This document shows, one piece after another, positions 1 through 9,612 of a DNA stretch of 64,000 nucleotides (within the stretch, counting starts at the first letter, position 1; every line of letters begins with the position of its first letter). The notes beneath the pieces were generated by a model. It ran no database searches. It saw only the letters and a list, made by a program, of their open reading frames with translations, and was not told the DNA's origin. Origin of the DNA: Spirochaetia bacterium. GTDB lineage: Bacteria > Spirochaetota > Spirochaetia > CADAEX01. The stretch is taken from NCBI GenBank assembly GCA_963662795.1, contig OY759746.1:1728001-1792000 (forward strand). The letters run 5' to 3'. The position numbers and the translations under genes were made by a program.

Positions 1-582
1 AACGACGGGCTCTGGTACAGGTCAAACATGCACAAAACGCCGTTTCTTGATATCAGGCTTCCGCAGAATTATTTCTTTTTCATACTGATTGTTCTGCTTA
101 TCGCCCTATACCTTTACAGAAAAATTGACAAATCAGCTCTTGGAACAGTGCTGAAGGCGGCAAGTACCAATCCGAGAAAAATGAGATTTCTCGGATATAA
201 TGTTTTTGGAATCAGATGGCTGGCTTTTACAATTTCAGTCGTTTTTTCCACGGTAGCTGGTGCTCTTTACTCGGTTAACTTCGGATTTGTCAATCCGAGC
301 CTCGGGGAAAATTCAAGGGCAATTGAGGTTCTGCTTGCAACTCTTATCGGCGGAATCGGAACAGTATACGGCCCTTTCTTTGGTGCGCTGGGTTTTCTGG
401 GCATGAAGGATTTTGTCAGCAGCTTTCTCTCAAGATGGGAGTTTGTTGTTGGAATAATGACCCTGATTGTTCTTTTTAGATTCAACAGGGGCCTCTGGGG
501 AATGATTCAGGATGCAGGAAGTTTTCTTGCAGATACAGGCAGAAAATTTAAAAAGAACAGCATCAAAACTGCAGCAAAATAA
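1..582 (+). CDS. livM: Branched-chain amino acid-type ABC transporter permease, LivM-like (5' truncated by window edge)
   Basis: Frame is open from position 1 (NDGLWYRSNM...). Hydrophobic protein with LivM C-terminal motifs (LGTVLKAA..NPRKMRFLGYN, LIGGIGTVYGPFFG). Confidence 0.85.
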   Translation, partial: NDGLWYRSNMHKTPFLDIRLPQNYFFFILIVLLIALYLYRKIDKSALGTVLKAASTNPRKMRFLGYNVFGIRWLAFTISVVFSTVAGALYSVNFGFVNPSLGENSRAIEVLLATLIGGIGTVYGPFFGALGFLGMKDFVSSFLSRWEFVVGIMTLIVLFRFNRGLWGMIQDAGSFLADTGRKFKKNSIKTAAK

Positions 583-598
583 ATATTGAGAGGAAATT

Positions 599-1474
599 AT
601 GGAAACCTGGTTTACAGCGGTTATATACGGCCTTAGCACAAGCGGAATATTGTTTCTTGTTTCACTTGCATTATCTATCGGTTATGGACTTATGAGAATC
701 GTCAATATGGAAGCTATGCTCTATTATTCTTTCGGAGCATATGTCACCTATTCAATAGTTACACTGACTGGCAGTTTTTTCCTCGGCGCAGCAGGAGCTA
801 CTGTTGTCGGGGGTTTGCTGGGCCTTATTGTTGAGACAACACTGCTCAGAAAAGTCTACCACCGGAATATGATGTTTACCATGGTAGTAACATTCAGTGT
901 TTTTATGATAGGGATTGGAGTTATTCAATTTATTTACGGCCTTGATCCAAAGCCGCTTGCTTCCCCGACTTCGGCAATTATCAGATTCATGAATGTTCAG
1001 ATTCCCCTGTACAGGCTGATTATCATAGTAGTAGCAGTGGTTGCCTATATTCTTATACAGCTGCTTATGAATAAGACAATAACCGGCAAGGCGCTCCGGG
1101 CAGGAATTGAGAACCGCGAAAATGTCGAAGGCCTGGGTGTAAATATCAACAGAATTTTTACAACTACATTTGTAATTGCAAGTGCTTTTGCCGGACTTGG
1201 CGGAGCTCTAAATGCGCCTCTGGTTATGGTAGGCCCCTATATGGGTTTTGATATGCTCCTGACAGCATTTATAACAGTTATTCTTGGCGGCCTCGGAAGT
1301 ATAAAGGGAACCATGGTGGCGGCCCTTATTCTGGGGCAGGTTGTCAGTGTAGGCGGAACGATCTGGGCGCCTCTCGCGTTTGTTGGTCCTTTCATAGTCA
1401 TGTTTATCACTATTCTTATAAGACCTACAGGTCTTTACGGAGTTAAGGGAACAGCATTCGGATTCAATGATTAG
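599..1474 (+). CDS. livH: Branched-chain amino acid-type ABC transporter permease, LivH-like
   Basis: GLSTSGILFLVSLALSIGYGLMRIVNM, TGKALRA...ENVEGLGVN and ILGGLGSIKG motifs; GAGG RBS. Confidence 0.88.
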   Translation: METWFTAVIYGLSTSGILFLVSLALSIGYGLMRIVNMEAMLYYSFGAYVTYSIVTLTGSFFLGAAGATVVGGLLGLIVETTLLRKVYHRNMMFTMVVTFSVFMIGIGVIQFIYGLDPKPLASPTSAIIRFMNVQIPLYRLIIIVVAVVAYILIQLLMNKTITGKALRAGIENRENVEGLGVNINRIFTTTFVIASAFAGLGGALNAPLVMVGPYMGFDMLLTAFITVILGGLGSIKGTMVAALILGQVVSVGGTIWAPLAFVGPFIVMFITILIRPTGLYGVKGTAFGFND

Positions 1475-1479
1475 ATAAA

Positions 1480-1507
1480 CCTCCCTGCTGTAACAGCAGG
1501 CGGGAGT
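1480..1507 (+). terminator. Intergenic hairpin after livH (possible mRNA stabiliser or weak terminator)
   Basis: CTCCCTGCTGTAACAGCAGGCGGGAG inverted repeat; no strong U-tract. Confidence 0.3.
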
Positions 1508-1534
1508 AAATAATAAAAATACGGGAGTGAGAAA

Positions 1535-2575
1535 GTGGATAAAACAATGAAGGCCTTTGTCCTTGAAAGATATAACAGCCCATTGGTGTTGAAAGATGTT
1601 CCAATGCCGCAGATCGGCGATGATGATGTTCTTGTAAGGGTGAGGGCCGCAGGCATTTGCGGCACAGATTTGAAGATATATACAGGCAAACTTGACGGTA
1701 TTATAAAACTGCCGCATATACCGGGTCATGAAGGGGCAGGTGAGATAGTTAAAACTGGAAAGAATGTTAAAAACATAAAACCCGGGGACCGCGGGATTGT
1801 ATACCACTACATCCCGTGCAGGGACTGTGAGCTCTGCAGAACAGGAAAAGAGAATATCTGTTTTGAAATCAAAAGGACAGGGTTTGAACTTGACGGCGCT
1901 TTCGCTGAGTATATGGCAATCCCGGCATACAATTTCTGCCCTGTTGATGATGAAAAAATGTCATGGTCTGAAATGGCAGTTCTCCCTGATGCGGCCCTTA
2001 CCCCGTATCATGCGTTAAAAACCCTTGGCAAGGTGAAAAAAGGGGCTAAAGTATTAATTATCGGGCTTGGAGGACTTGGCCTTCATGCGGTTATGCTTGG
2101 TAAAATGCTCGGCGCTGATGTTGCCGGCGCTGATATCAGGGATAACTCTCTCACTGAGGCTTTAAAGTATAAAGCGGATATTGTTTTTAACCCTGTTTCA
2201 CAGGACCCAGTTTCTGTGATCAGGGAATGGACAGGCGGACACGGCGCTGATGTTGTGCTTGACGGGGTCGGAACCGGTTCCACATTTCCATGGGCTCTCA
2301 AAAGCCTTAAAAAAGGCGGCAAGCTTGTTTTAATGGGATATGATCCGATTAATCCGGTCCCTCTTGACGCTCTTGGGATGCACTATAACGAATGGGAGAT
2401 AATTGGGGCCCGGCTTGGCACAAAGCAGGAATTAATTGAGCTGATAAATTATACAAAAAATGGTACTTTAAAACCGATTGTTTCGTCTGAGTTTGAAATG
2501 GCCTCGCTTAACCGGGTTTTTACAGAATCGCTGCTTGACAGCATTTACGGAAGGATAGTCTTTAAGGGGCTTTGA
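1535..2575 (+). CDS. Zn-dependent medium-chain alcohol dehydrogenase
   Basis: GICGTD, GHEGAG, structural Zn motif CRDCELC..C and Rossmann GLGGLG. Confidence 0.92.
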   Translation: MDKTMKAFVLERYNSPLVLKDVPMPQIGDDDVLVRVRAAGICGTDLKIYTGKLDGIIKLPHIPGHEGAGEIVKTGKNVKNIKPGDRGIVYHYIPCRDCELCRTGKENICFEIKRTGFELDGAFAEYMAIPAYNFCPVDDEKMSWSEMAVLPDAALTPYHALKTLGKVKKGAKVLIIGLGGLGLHAVMLGKMLGADVAGADIRDNSLTEALKYKADIVFNPVSQDPVSVIREWTGGHGADVVLDGVGTGSTFPWALKSLKKGGKLVLMGYDPINPVPLDALGMHYNEWEIIGARLGTKQELIELINYTKNGTLKPIVSSEFEMASLNRVFTESLLDSIYGRIVFKGL

Positions 2576-2658
2576 TTTTGTCGGATTCCCTGCATCAGAC
2601 AGTGCGAATGGTAATCCCTGTTCTTCCGCCTTTGCTGACAGGGCTGATATTATTCAGC

Positions 2659-2702
2659 TTGACAATTCTGTAAAATGATGGTACAGTAGTATTGTCATAC
2701 AA
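2659..2702 (+). promoter_or_regulatory. Sigma70-type promoter with overlapping FadR-type operator
   Basis: TTGACA (2659-2664), 17-bp spacer, TACAGT (2682-2687). The palindrome TTGT-CAT-ACAA (2692-2702) lies over the predicted +1, just upstream of the GntR/FadR gene. Confidence 0.6.
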
Positions 2703-2720
2703 GGTATAATTTTAAAAAAG

Positions 2721-3422
2721 GTGATGATAATGGATTTTAAAAAAATTGACCGCGTGAGTATGTCAGAAGAGATTGTTGAATATCTCAAAAATGAAATTTT
2801 AAGCAGAAAACTTAAATCAGGGCAGCGACTTCCTGCTGAAGAATCTCTGGCGGAAAGTATGGGAGTGGGCCGCGGAACTGTACGTGAAGCGCTAAAGGTT
2901 CTGATCCATATGGGGCTTGTAGAAAGAAAAAGAAACGGGACCTTTGTAACAGAGGGTAAACTGAAGCCCGATGTAGAGTTCAGACTTGATGAATACAGGG
3001 ATCTGGTTGAGATAATTGAAGTCAGAAAAGTCATTGAACCTGCGCTTGCCGGTTTTGCGGCTAAAAGGGCAGATAAAAAAACTATTGATAAAATTGCCCT
3101 TGAACTGGATGAAATGAAAAACGGTACAAAAAATGTTGAAGATTTTATACTTCATGACAGCCGTTTCCATGATTTTATTTTTGATGCATCAGGAAATACA
3201 ATTCTTGAGAATTTTATAAAAAGTTTTAAAGACCTTATGATGAAAAACCAGGCAGTAGTTCTTATGGAAAGGTACAGCAATATAATGCCTAAATCCCTGG
3301 ACTATCATGAAAAAATATACAAGGCAATAAGTATTGGAGATGAACATCTGGCTTTTTCATATATGTATGAGCATATTGTGGATGTCGAGAATGAGTTCAA
3401 GATAATAATTGAAGGAGAATAA
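2721..3422 (+). CDS. GntR family, FadR subfamily transcriptional regulator
   Basis: wHTH GQRLPAEESLAESMGVGRGTVREAL; FCD domain (EVRKVIE, DSRFH, SGN, H..I..AI). Confidence 0.93.
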   Translation: MMIMDFKKIDRVSMSEEIVEYLKNEILSRKLKSGQRLPAEESLAESMGVGRGTVREALKVLIHMGLVERKRNGTFVTEGKLKPDVEFRLDEYRDLVEIIEVRKVIEPALAGFAAKRADKKTIDKIALELDEMKNGTKNVEDFILHDSRFHDFIFDASGNTILENFIKSFKDLMMKNQAVVLMERYSNIMPKSLDYHEKIYKAISIGDEHLAFSYMYEHIVDVENEFKIIIEGE

Positions 3423-3428
3423 AATCTG

Positions 3429-4505
3429 ATGGTTAATATACCTGAACATATGAAAGCGGTAGTTCTTATGGGGCCTGACAAACTTGAGGTTAGGGACATG
3501 AAGGTTCCCGTTCCCGGGCCTGTGGATGTCCTTATCAGGGTCCAGTCATGCGCATTGTGCGCTTCGGATACAGGGCTGATACACAAGCCTTTTCCGGGCC
3601 AGCCTCCATACGGGGAATTTATTATCGGACATGAGTATTCAGGTACAGTTGCAGCCCTTGGCGGGACTGTTGATGAGTTTGCAGTGGGCGACAGGGTAAC
3701 GGTGGAAGCGCATAACGGATGCGGAAGGTGCAGAAACTGCCGTCTTGGAAACTATACAGGCTGTCTTAATTACGGGGATACCGCCAAAGGCCACAGGGCC
3801 AACGGATTTACAACAAACGGCGGCAATGCCCAGTATGTGATAAACCATATAAATACGGTTCACAAAATAGCGGATAATGTCTCATTCGATGAAGCTTCCC
3901 TTGCGACAAACCTGGGATGTGTATTATACGGATTTGAGACGCTCGGCGGATTCATAGCGGGCGATACAATTGTTATTGTCGGCCCGGGTCCTTTGGGCCT
4001 TAGCGCTGTACAGGCTGCAAGGGCACTTGGTGCCGGGAAGATAATACTGCTTGGAACAAGGGACTCAAGACTCAGGATTGCAGAGAATACAGGCGCCGAT
4101 ATTATCATCAATACAAAAAAACAGGATCCCATGGAAGTAATAATGAGGGAAACAGGCGGAAAGGGGTGCGATATCGCGATAGAGGCATCCGGTTCCGAGG
4201 CAGGACTTGGGCTTTCAATCAAATCAACAAAGAGAATGGGAAAAATCCTGCTTCTGGCTTTCCCCCATAAACCCTTTCCTGCTGATTTTGAAGACCTTGC
4301 GCTTAACAATAAACATATCTTTACAGTAAGAGGGGAAGGATGGGCGAATGTAGGAAGGGCGGCTGTCTTTTTGAATAAGGGCATTGTTGACCTTAAACCG
4401 CTCATTACACACACATTTCCTCTTGCAAAAATAAATGAAGCGTTTGACACATTCAACAACAGAATTGACGGCGCGATAAAAGTAATTTCAAAACCCCAGG
4501 AGTAG
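3429..4505 (+). CDS. Zn-dependent dehydrogenase (threonine/sorbitol/inosose dehydrogenase-like MDR)
   Basis: CASD, GHEYSG, CGRCRNC..C, GPGPLG and ITHTFPL motifs. Confidence 0.9.
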   Translation: MVNIPEHMKAVVLMGPDKLEVRDMKVPVPGPVDVLIRVQSCALCASDTGLIHKPFPGQPPYGEFIIGHEYSGTVAALGGTVDEFAVGDRVTVEAHNGCGRCRNCRLGNYTGCLNYGDTAKGHRANGFTTNGGNAQYVINHINTVHKIADNVSFDEASLATNLGCVLYGFETLGGFIAGDTIVIVGPGPLGLSAVQAARALGAGKIILLGTRDSRLRIAENTGADIIINTKKQDPMEVIMRETGGKGCDIAIEASGSEAGLGLSIKSTKRMGKILLLAFPHKPFPADFEDLALNNKHIFTVRGEGWANVGRAAVFLNKGIVDLKPLITHTFPLAKINEAFDTFNNRIDGAIKVISKPQE

Positions 4506-4510
4506 GTGTA

Positions 4511-5743
4511 ATGTCTTCTGTTTTACTTATTGCAACCCTTGATACCAAATCGGAAGAAGCCGCCTACGTCAGGGCTCAGATTGAAAGCCATGGAGAGCAG
4601 GTGATACTTGCGAATACAGGTGTTTTTCTCCCTTTTGAGGAAAATGCCGAAATAAAAGGGGCAGAGATAGTCAAAGCAGGATGCGGACTTACGATAGAAG
4701 AACTTAAGGCGAGGGGAGACAAGGGACTGAGCATTGAAGCGATTACTAACGGAATAAAGATAATCACTAAAAAACTGCATGAGGAAGGAAAGATCGCGGC
4801 AGTTCTTTCGATAGGCGGGGCTCAAGGAACTGATATGGGAACAGCTGCGATGAGAGAGCTTCCGTTCGGGGTTCCCAAATTCATGGTCTCAACTGTTGCC
4901 TCCGGCAAAGCCACTTTCGGCCCGTTTGTCGGGACAAAAGATATTATCATGATGCATTCGGTATGCGATATTCAGGGACTTAATATAGTCACAAGAAGTG
5001 TTTTTGACAATGCGGCATCCGCAGTATGCGGTATGGTTAAAAACAGGAAGAAGAATCAGAATAAAAGAGCGGGAAGGGCAGGATCAATCGCGGTAAGCAT
5101 GCTTGGAACGACAACCCCCGGAGCCCTTTATGCCAAGGAACTTATTGAAAAAGAGAACTATGATTTTGTAGCGTTCCATCAGAATGGAACAGGCGGTATT
5201 GCCATGGAGGAAATGATTGAAGAGGGGCTCTTTAAAGGGGTTCTTGATATCAACCTTCATGAAATCGGCGACAGGTATTTCGGGGGGCTGCACGGATCGG
5301 TAAGGGAAGGGCGTCTTGAAAGCGCAGGAAAAACCGCTCTTCCCCAGGTTATCGCCCCGGGGAGCATCAACTATACAGTACAGGGCCCGTATGCTGAAGT
5401 AAGCGAAGAACTTAAAAAAAGGCAGCACATTATACATAATTCATTTCTCACCCTTGTAAGACTTACCCCTGATGAACTTTCCGGGGTAGGGAAAATTACA
5501 GCAGAAAAAATAAATCTTTCAAGAGGCAAGGTGCATGTTTACATACCTCTTAAAGGATTTTCATTTCCTGATTCGGCCGGAAGGGAACACTGGGACCCGG
5601 AAGGGAACGCTGCTTTTACAGACGCTCTGAAGAAGAACTTAAGGAAAGATATTCCGTGTGACGAACTTGATTTACACATAAACGATACGGAATTTATTGA
5701 TATTGCGGTTAATAAGCTTTTCAGTTTTATAAAGGAAAAGTGA
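4511..5743 (+). CDS. Tm-1-like ATP-binding domain protein (UPF0261)
   Basis: N-terminal ATLDTKSEE, AAMRELPFGVPKFMVST, DIIMMHSVCDIQGLN, FHQNGTGG.AME and HIND.EF motifs of UPF0261. Confidence 0.9.
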   Translation: MSSVLLIATLDTKSEEAAYVRAQIESHGEQVILANTGVFLPFEENAEIKGAEIVKAGCGLTIEELKARGDKGLSIEAITNGIKIITKKLHEEGKIAAVLSIGGAQGTDMGTAAMRELPFGVPKFMVSTVASGKATFGPFVGTKDIIMMHSVCDIQGLNIVTRSVFDNAASAVCGMVKNRKKNQNKRAGRAGSIAVSMLGTTTPGALYAKELIEKENYDFVAFHQNGTGGIAMEEMIEEGLFKGVLDINLHEIGDRYFGGLHGSVREGRLESAGKTALPQVIAPGSINYTVQGPYAEVSEELKKRQHIIHNSFLTLVRLTPDELSGVGKITAEKINLSRGKVHVYIPLKGFSFPDSAGREHWDPEGNAAFTDALKKNLRKDIPCDELDLHINDTEFIDIAVNKLFSFIKEK

Positions 5744-5778
5744 TTTACTTTAAAGCGGATAATATGCCAGGAGGAATA

Positions 5779-6675
5779 ATGAGCAAGGCTAAGGAAATGC
5801 TTTCAGGGGTCTACTCCCCGATGTGTACTCCATTTAAAAATGATGAAGTAGACTATGCAGGAATGGAAAAAAATGTTGATTTGATGAATTCATCCGGACT
5901 CAAGGGTTATTTTGTACTTGGAACAAACGGTGAGTTCAAAACAATGTCAGAAGAGGAAAAATTCAAGCTGCTTGGTGTTGTAATAAAAAGAGCGGCGAAA
6001 GACAAGGTCGTAATGGCAGGAACCGGAGCAGAAAGCACCAGGGAAACAATCAGGCTCACAAAAAAAGCGGCAGATTTGGGGGCGGTTATGGTAAGCCTTT
6101 TGATGCCCAGTTTTTTCGCGAAGAAAATTACGGATGATGTGATAATAAGGCATATCACAGAGATTGCAGAGGCATCCCCTGTTCCTGTAGTGCTTTACAA
6201 CAATCCTTCGGTGGCGGCGGGAGTCACAATAAGACCTGCTGTTATCAAGGTTGTATCGCAGCATTCCAATGTCGCGGGAATCAAGGATTCAAGCAAGGAA
6301 ACATGGCCTTTAAACGTAGTTTTTAACAGCAGCGGTTTTTCCGTACTGGCAGGCAGCGCGGGGTACTTTTTTGACCTGCTTGACAAGGGCGGTACAGGCG
6401 GAGTGCTGTCTCTCGCGAATGTTTTCCCCGATGCGTGCGCAAAGCTTTACAACCTTTATATTTCAGGTAAAAAAGCGGAAGCGGCAGAGCTTAACAATAA
6501 GCTGCTTGATCTCAATAAAAAAGTATCAGGTACTTACGGAGTGGCGGGAGTAAAATACGCGATGGACCTTGCGGGCTTTGCAGGGGGAGTAATGCGCAGA
6601 CCGCTCGGTACCCTGAATGCTGAACAGAAAAAAACACTTGAAGCTGACCTTAGGGGCAGCGGGTTTTTAAAATAA
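5779..6675 (+). CDS. DHDPS/NAL-family class I aldolase (4-hydroxy-2-oxoglutarate aldolase-like)
   Basis: TPF, GTNGE (N as in HOGA rather than the DHDPS GTTGE), LYNNP and Schiff-base IKDSS. Start moved to ATG 5779, which follows a GGAGG RBS. Confidence 0.85.
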   Translation: MSKAKEMLSGVYSPMCTPFKNDEVDYAGMEKNVDLMNSSGLKGYFVLGTNGEFKTMSEEEKFKLLGVVIKRAAKDKVVMAGTGAESTRETIRLTKKAADLGAVMVSLLMPSFFAKKITDDVIIRHITEIAEASPVPVVLYNNPSVAAGVTIRPAVIKVVSQHSNVAGIKDSSKETWPLNVVFNSSGFSVLAGSAGYFFDLLDKGGTGGVLSLANVFPDACAKLYNLYISGKKAEAAELNNKLLDLNKKVSGTYGVAGVKYAMDLAGFAGGVMRRPLGTLNAEQKKTLEADLRGSGFLK

Positions 6676-6701
6676 TAATTATAACCAATGGAGGTTAACA
6701 G

Positions 6702-7580
6702 ATGTCATCAGACGGAATGAAAAGAGGCAAAAGTCAGAATATCCTGGATCTCGGATATACAGATGTAAGGGAACATCTTAAGAAAAACGATACAATTATC
6801 GTAAGTATGGGATCGATTGAAAAACATGGAGCGCACTGCCCGCTGGGAACAGACAGTTTTACAGCAATGGGTGTTATTGAAGAAGCTGCCAGATTAACAG
6901 ACACACTTTATACACCTTTAATACCTGTCGGATATTCCCCCCACCACATGGGAAGACAGGGCGAAGGAACAGGAACACTCACTTTTTCAGGAGATACTTA
7001 CAGAAGAATAGTATATGATCTTGCGAAAAGCCTTATATACCACGGCTACAACAAACTGGTTTTTGTTACACATCATGGAAGCAACTCCAAGGTAATTGAT
7101 GATGTACTTAGAAAAATCAGGTATGAAACCGGATGTTTTGTCGGATGGTTTAAAACTCCGACAGAAAGAAATTACAGATTTATCGCAGATATCCTTGAGG
7201 GAACACCTGAGGAAACACCGGGCTGGCACGCAGGGGAGCTTGAGACATCAACAGCATGGGCATACAATCCTGAATCTGTTGCAATGGAACTCGCAAAAGA
7301 AGACAGAACACATGCGCCGAAGTGGATGACAAAAGAGTTTACAAAACATGACGGGTCAGGTTTTGTAACATTCAGGGGCGATGAATGCATGTGGGTACCG
7401 ATGGAACACCATGAATATTCAGATACAGCAACAATTGGAAATCCTTTAAGAGCTTCCAGGGAAAAGGGAGAGAAAATCCTTAAGAGAGGCGGAGAACTTC
7501 TCGCGGCTCTTATCGAAGAAATTAAAAAATTCGATATCAAGGTTCCGGAAGAAAAAAGAGCTTTCAACAACCGCGCGTAG
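6702..7580 (+). CDS. Creatininase/amidohydrolase family protein
   Basis: GSIEKHGAHCPLGTD, G.SPHH, HHGSN and HAGELETS metal-binding motifs. Confidence 0.92.
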   Translation: MSSDGMKRGKSQNILDLGYTDVREHLKKNDTIIVSMGSIEKHGAHCPLGTDSFTAMGVIEEAARLTDTLYTPLIPVGYSPHHMGRQGEGTGTLTFSGDTYRRIVYDLAKSLIYHGYNKLVFVTHHGSNSKVIDDVLRKIRYETGCFVGWFKTPTERNYRFIADILEGTPEETPGWHAGELETSTAWAYNPESVAMELAKEDRTHAPKWMTKEFTKHDGSGFVTFRGDECMWVPMEHHEYSDTATIGNPLRASREKGEKILKRGGELLAALIEEIKKFDIKVPEEKRAFNNRA

Positions 7581-7611
7581 TAATCGAGGTTTTTGTAAAT
7601 AATCGACAATA

Positions 7612-7644
7612 CAGATACCCCGAGCCGCAAGGTCGGGGTATCTG
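7612..7644. repeat. GC-rich REP-like palindrome with GNRA loop
   Basis: CAGATACCCCGA-G-CC-GCAA-GG-TCGGGGTATCTG; 12-bp perfect outer stem; no U-tract. Confidence 0.55.
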
Positions 7645-7775
7645 ACTGTTAAGAGGCATATCTTTCAGCCGGTCAGATATACTTTAAAAAATCCTGATTC
7701 AACTTGCCGAACCGGTGAGGATTTATATAGATGAATCCTGGTTAATCTTTAAGAAAATATCCTTAGGAGAAAAAT

Positions 7776-8546
7776 ATGAAAAGACTTGAAGGAAGGGTTG
7801 CAATTGTAACCGGATCAGCGCAGGGAATGGGTCTTGCCATCGCAAAAGCGCTTGGCAATGAAGGCGCAACAATAATAATAACAGACATAAACAGCGAACA
7901 GGTTCAAAAAACTGTTTCAGCTCTTAAAACAGAAGGATATACCGCAGACGGATACAGCATGAACGTTACTGTTGATGCGCAGGTTGGGGAAGTATTTGAC
8001 GCGGTTAAAAATAAATACGGCAAACTGGACATTCTGGTTAATAACGCGGGAGGTGCGCTTAACACCCCGTACAAACTAAATGAGATAGAGGAAAAACACT
8101 GGAATCTTGTCCTTGATGTAAACCTTAAAGGGGCTTTTTTCTGCTGCAGAAAAGCCATCAATATAATGGCAGAGCAGGGAGGCGGCGCAATTGTAAACAT
8201 TTCAGCTCTTGCGGCTCACTACAGGGCAAGCCTCGCAGGCGTCCAGTATACAGCAGCAAAGGCCGGGGTTGAAGGACTTACGAGGCAGCTTGCCTACGAC
8301 TGGGGCGAAAAAAATATCCGGATAACCGGAGTCGCGCCGACTATCACCATGACAGGGGCGCGGGTTAAAGGGCTCTGGGATGACAAGGGTAAGGATGAGC
8401 AGGATAAGACACTTAAAAATATCCCGCTCCGCAGGCTCAGCACACCGCAGGAAATCGCAGCTGCTGTTGTATTCCTGGCATCTGATGAAGCATCATACAT
8501 AACAGGAATTACACTTGATGTCAGCGGCGGCAGATATCTCAGATAA
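7776..8546 (+). CDS. Short-chain dehydrogenase/reductase (FabG-like, probably NAD-dependent)
   Basis: TGSAQGMG, DILVNNAG, catalytic YTAAK; acidic residue after beta-2 (ITDIN). Confidence 0.93.
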   Translation: MKRLEGRVAIVTGSAQGMGLAIAKALGNEGATIIITDINSEQVQKTVSALKTEGYTADGYSMNVTVDAQVGEVFDAVKNKYGKLDILVNNAGGALNTPYKLNEIEEKHWNLVLDVNLKGAFFCCRKAINIMAEQGGGAIVNISALAAHYRASLAGVQYTAAKAGVEGLTRQLAYDWGEKNIRITGVAPTITMTGARVKGLWDDKGKDEQDKTLKNIPLRRLSTPQEIAAAVVFLASDEASYITGITLDVSGGRYLR

Positions 8547-8572
8547 CATAAGTCAATAATGGAGTCAAATAA

Positions 8573-9553
8573 ATGAGCGGAAAACACAAGGTATTGCTTC
8601 CTCAGCCTATTGAAAAGGAAGCCCATGATTATCTTCTTGATAACAATTTTGAAGTTGTTGTATGTTCAAAATGTGAACATGATGAAGTTGCTGAAAAAAT
8701 CGCCGATGCGGAAGCTGTGGTTTTAAGAACAGGAATTAAAATAACCCGCGATCTTATGGAAAGAGGAAAAAAACTTAAAACAATCAGCCGGACAGGCGCG
8801 GGAGTGGATAACGTTGATCTTGATGCTGCAACTGACGCCGGAGTGGTTGTTACGTCAAGCCTCGGGGCAAATACCACAAGCGTTATTGAGCATGCGCTCA
8901 TGTTTATTCTTTCTCTTTCAAAGAATACCATAAAAATTGATTCCGAAGTTCGTAAAGGCAATTTCAGGGTGAGGTATCAGAACCTCTCGAGCGATGTAAG
9001 GGAAAAGACACTTGGACTTATCGGGTTCGGGAGAATAGGATCAGGGCTTGCCAAAATTTGCCGCGACAGTTTTGCGATGAAAATAGTTGCGAATGATGAT
9101 TTTCTCCCGCCGGAAGCCAAGAAAACATTTTCCGACTGGGTTGAATTTACAGATATTGATACAGTGCTTGCCAAATCAGATTATATATCAATCCATGTAC
9201 CGCTTACAAAGGAAACAAAAAATCTTCTTGACTATGACAGAATCAAAAAAATGAAGAAAAACGCTTTCCTGATAAATACTTCAAGAGGCGGCATAATAAA
9301 TGAAAAAGACCTGGTTAAAGCGCTGAAAGAGGGCATAATCGCCGGAGCAGGGCTTGATGTATTTGAAAATGAACCCATCGAGATGGAAAGTGAGCTGCTT
9401 AAAATGGAAAGTGTAATTCTTTCTCCCCACACTGCGGCTCTTACTGTAGAATGTACACTCAGAATGGCAATGGAAGGGGTAAAGAGGGTTGTAAAGTTTT
9501 TTAACGGAGAGAAGCCGGAAAACGTTGCCAATACTGCGGTTTTGGATTTATAA
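8573..9553 (+). CDS. D-2-hydroxyacid dehydrogenase (phosphoglycerate dehydrogenase-like, no ACT domain)
   Basis: RTGAGVDNVD, GFGRIG, INTSRGG, GLDVFENEP and SPHTA motifs. Confidence 0.92.
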   Translation: MSGKHKVLLPQPIEKEAHDYLLDNNFEVVVCSKCEHDEVAEKIADAEAVVLRTGIKITRDLMERGKKLKTISRTGAGVDNVDLDAATDAGVVVTSSLGANTTSVIEHALMFILSLSKNTIKIDSEVRKGNFRVRYQNLSSDVREKTLGLIGFGRIGSGLAKICRDSFAMKIVANDDFLPPEAKKTFSDWVEFTDIDTVLAKSDYISIHVPLTKETKNLLDYDRIKKMKKNAFLINTSRGGIINEKDLVKALKEGIIAGAGLDVFENEPIEMESELLKMESVILSPHTAALTVECTLRMAMEGVKRVVKFFNGEKPENVANTAVLDL

Positions 9554-9612
9554 TAAAAATCTGTTAAATCATATTTCTTTTGGAAATAAATACTAAAAAT
9601 TACGGAGTCATA

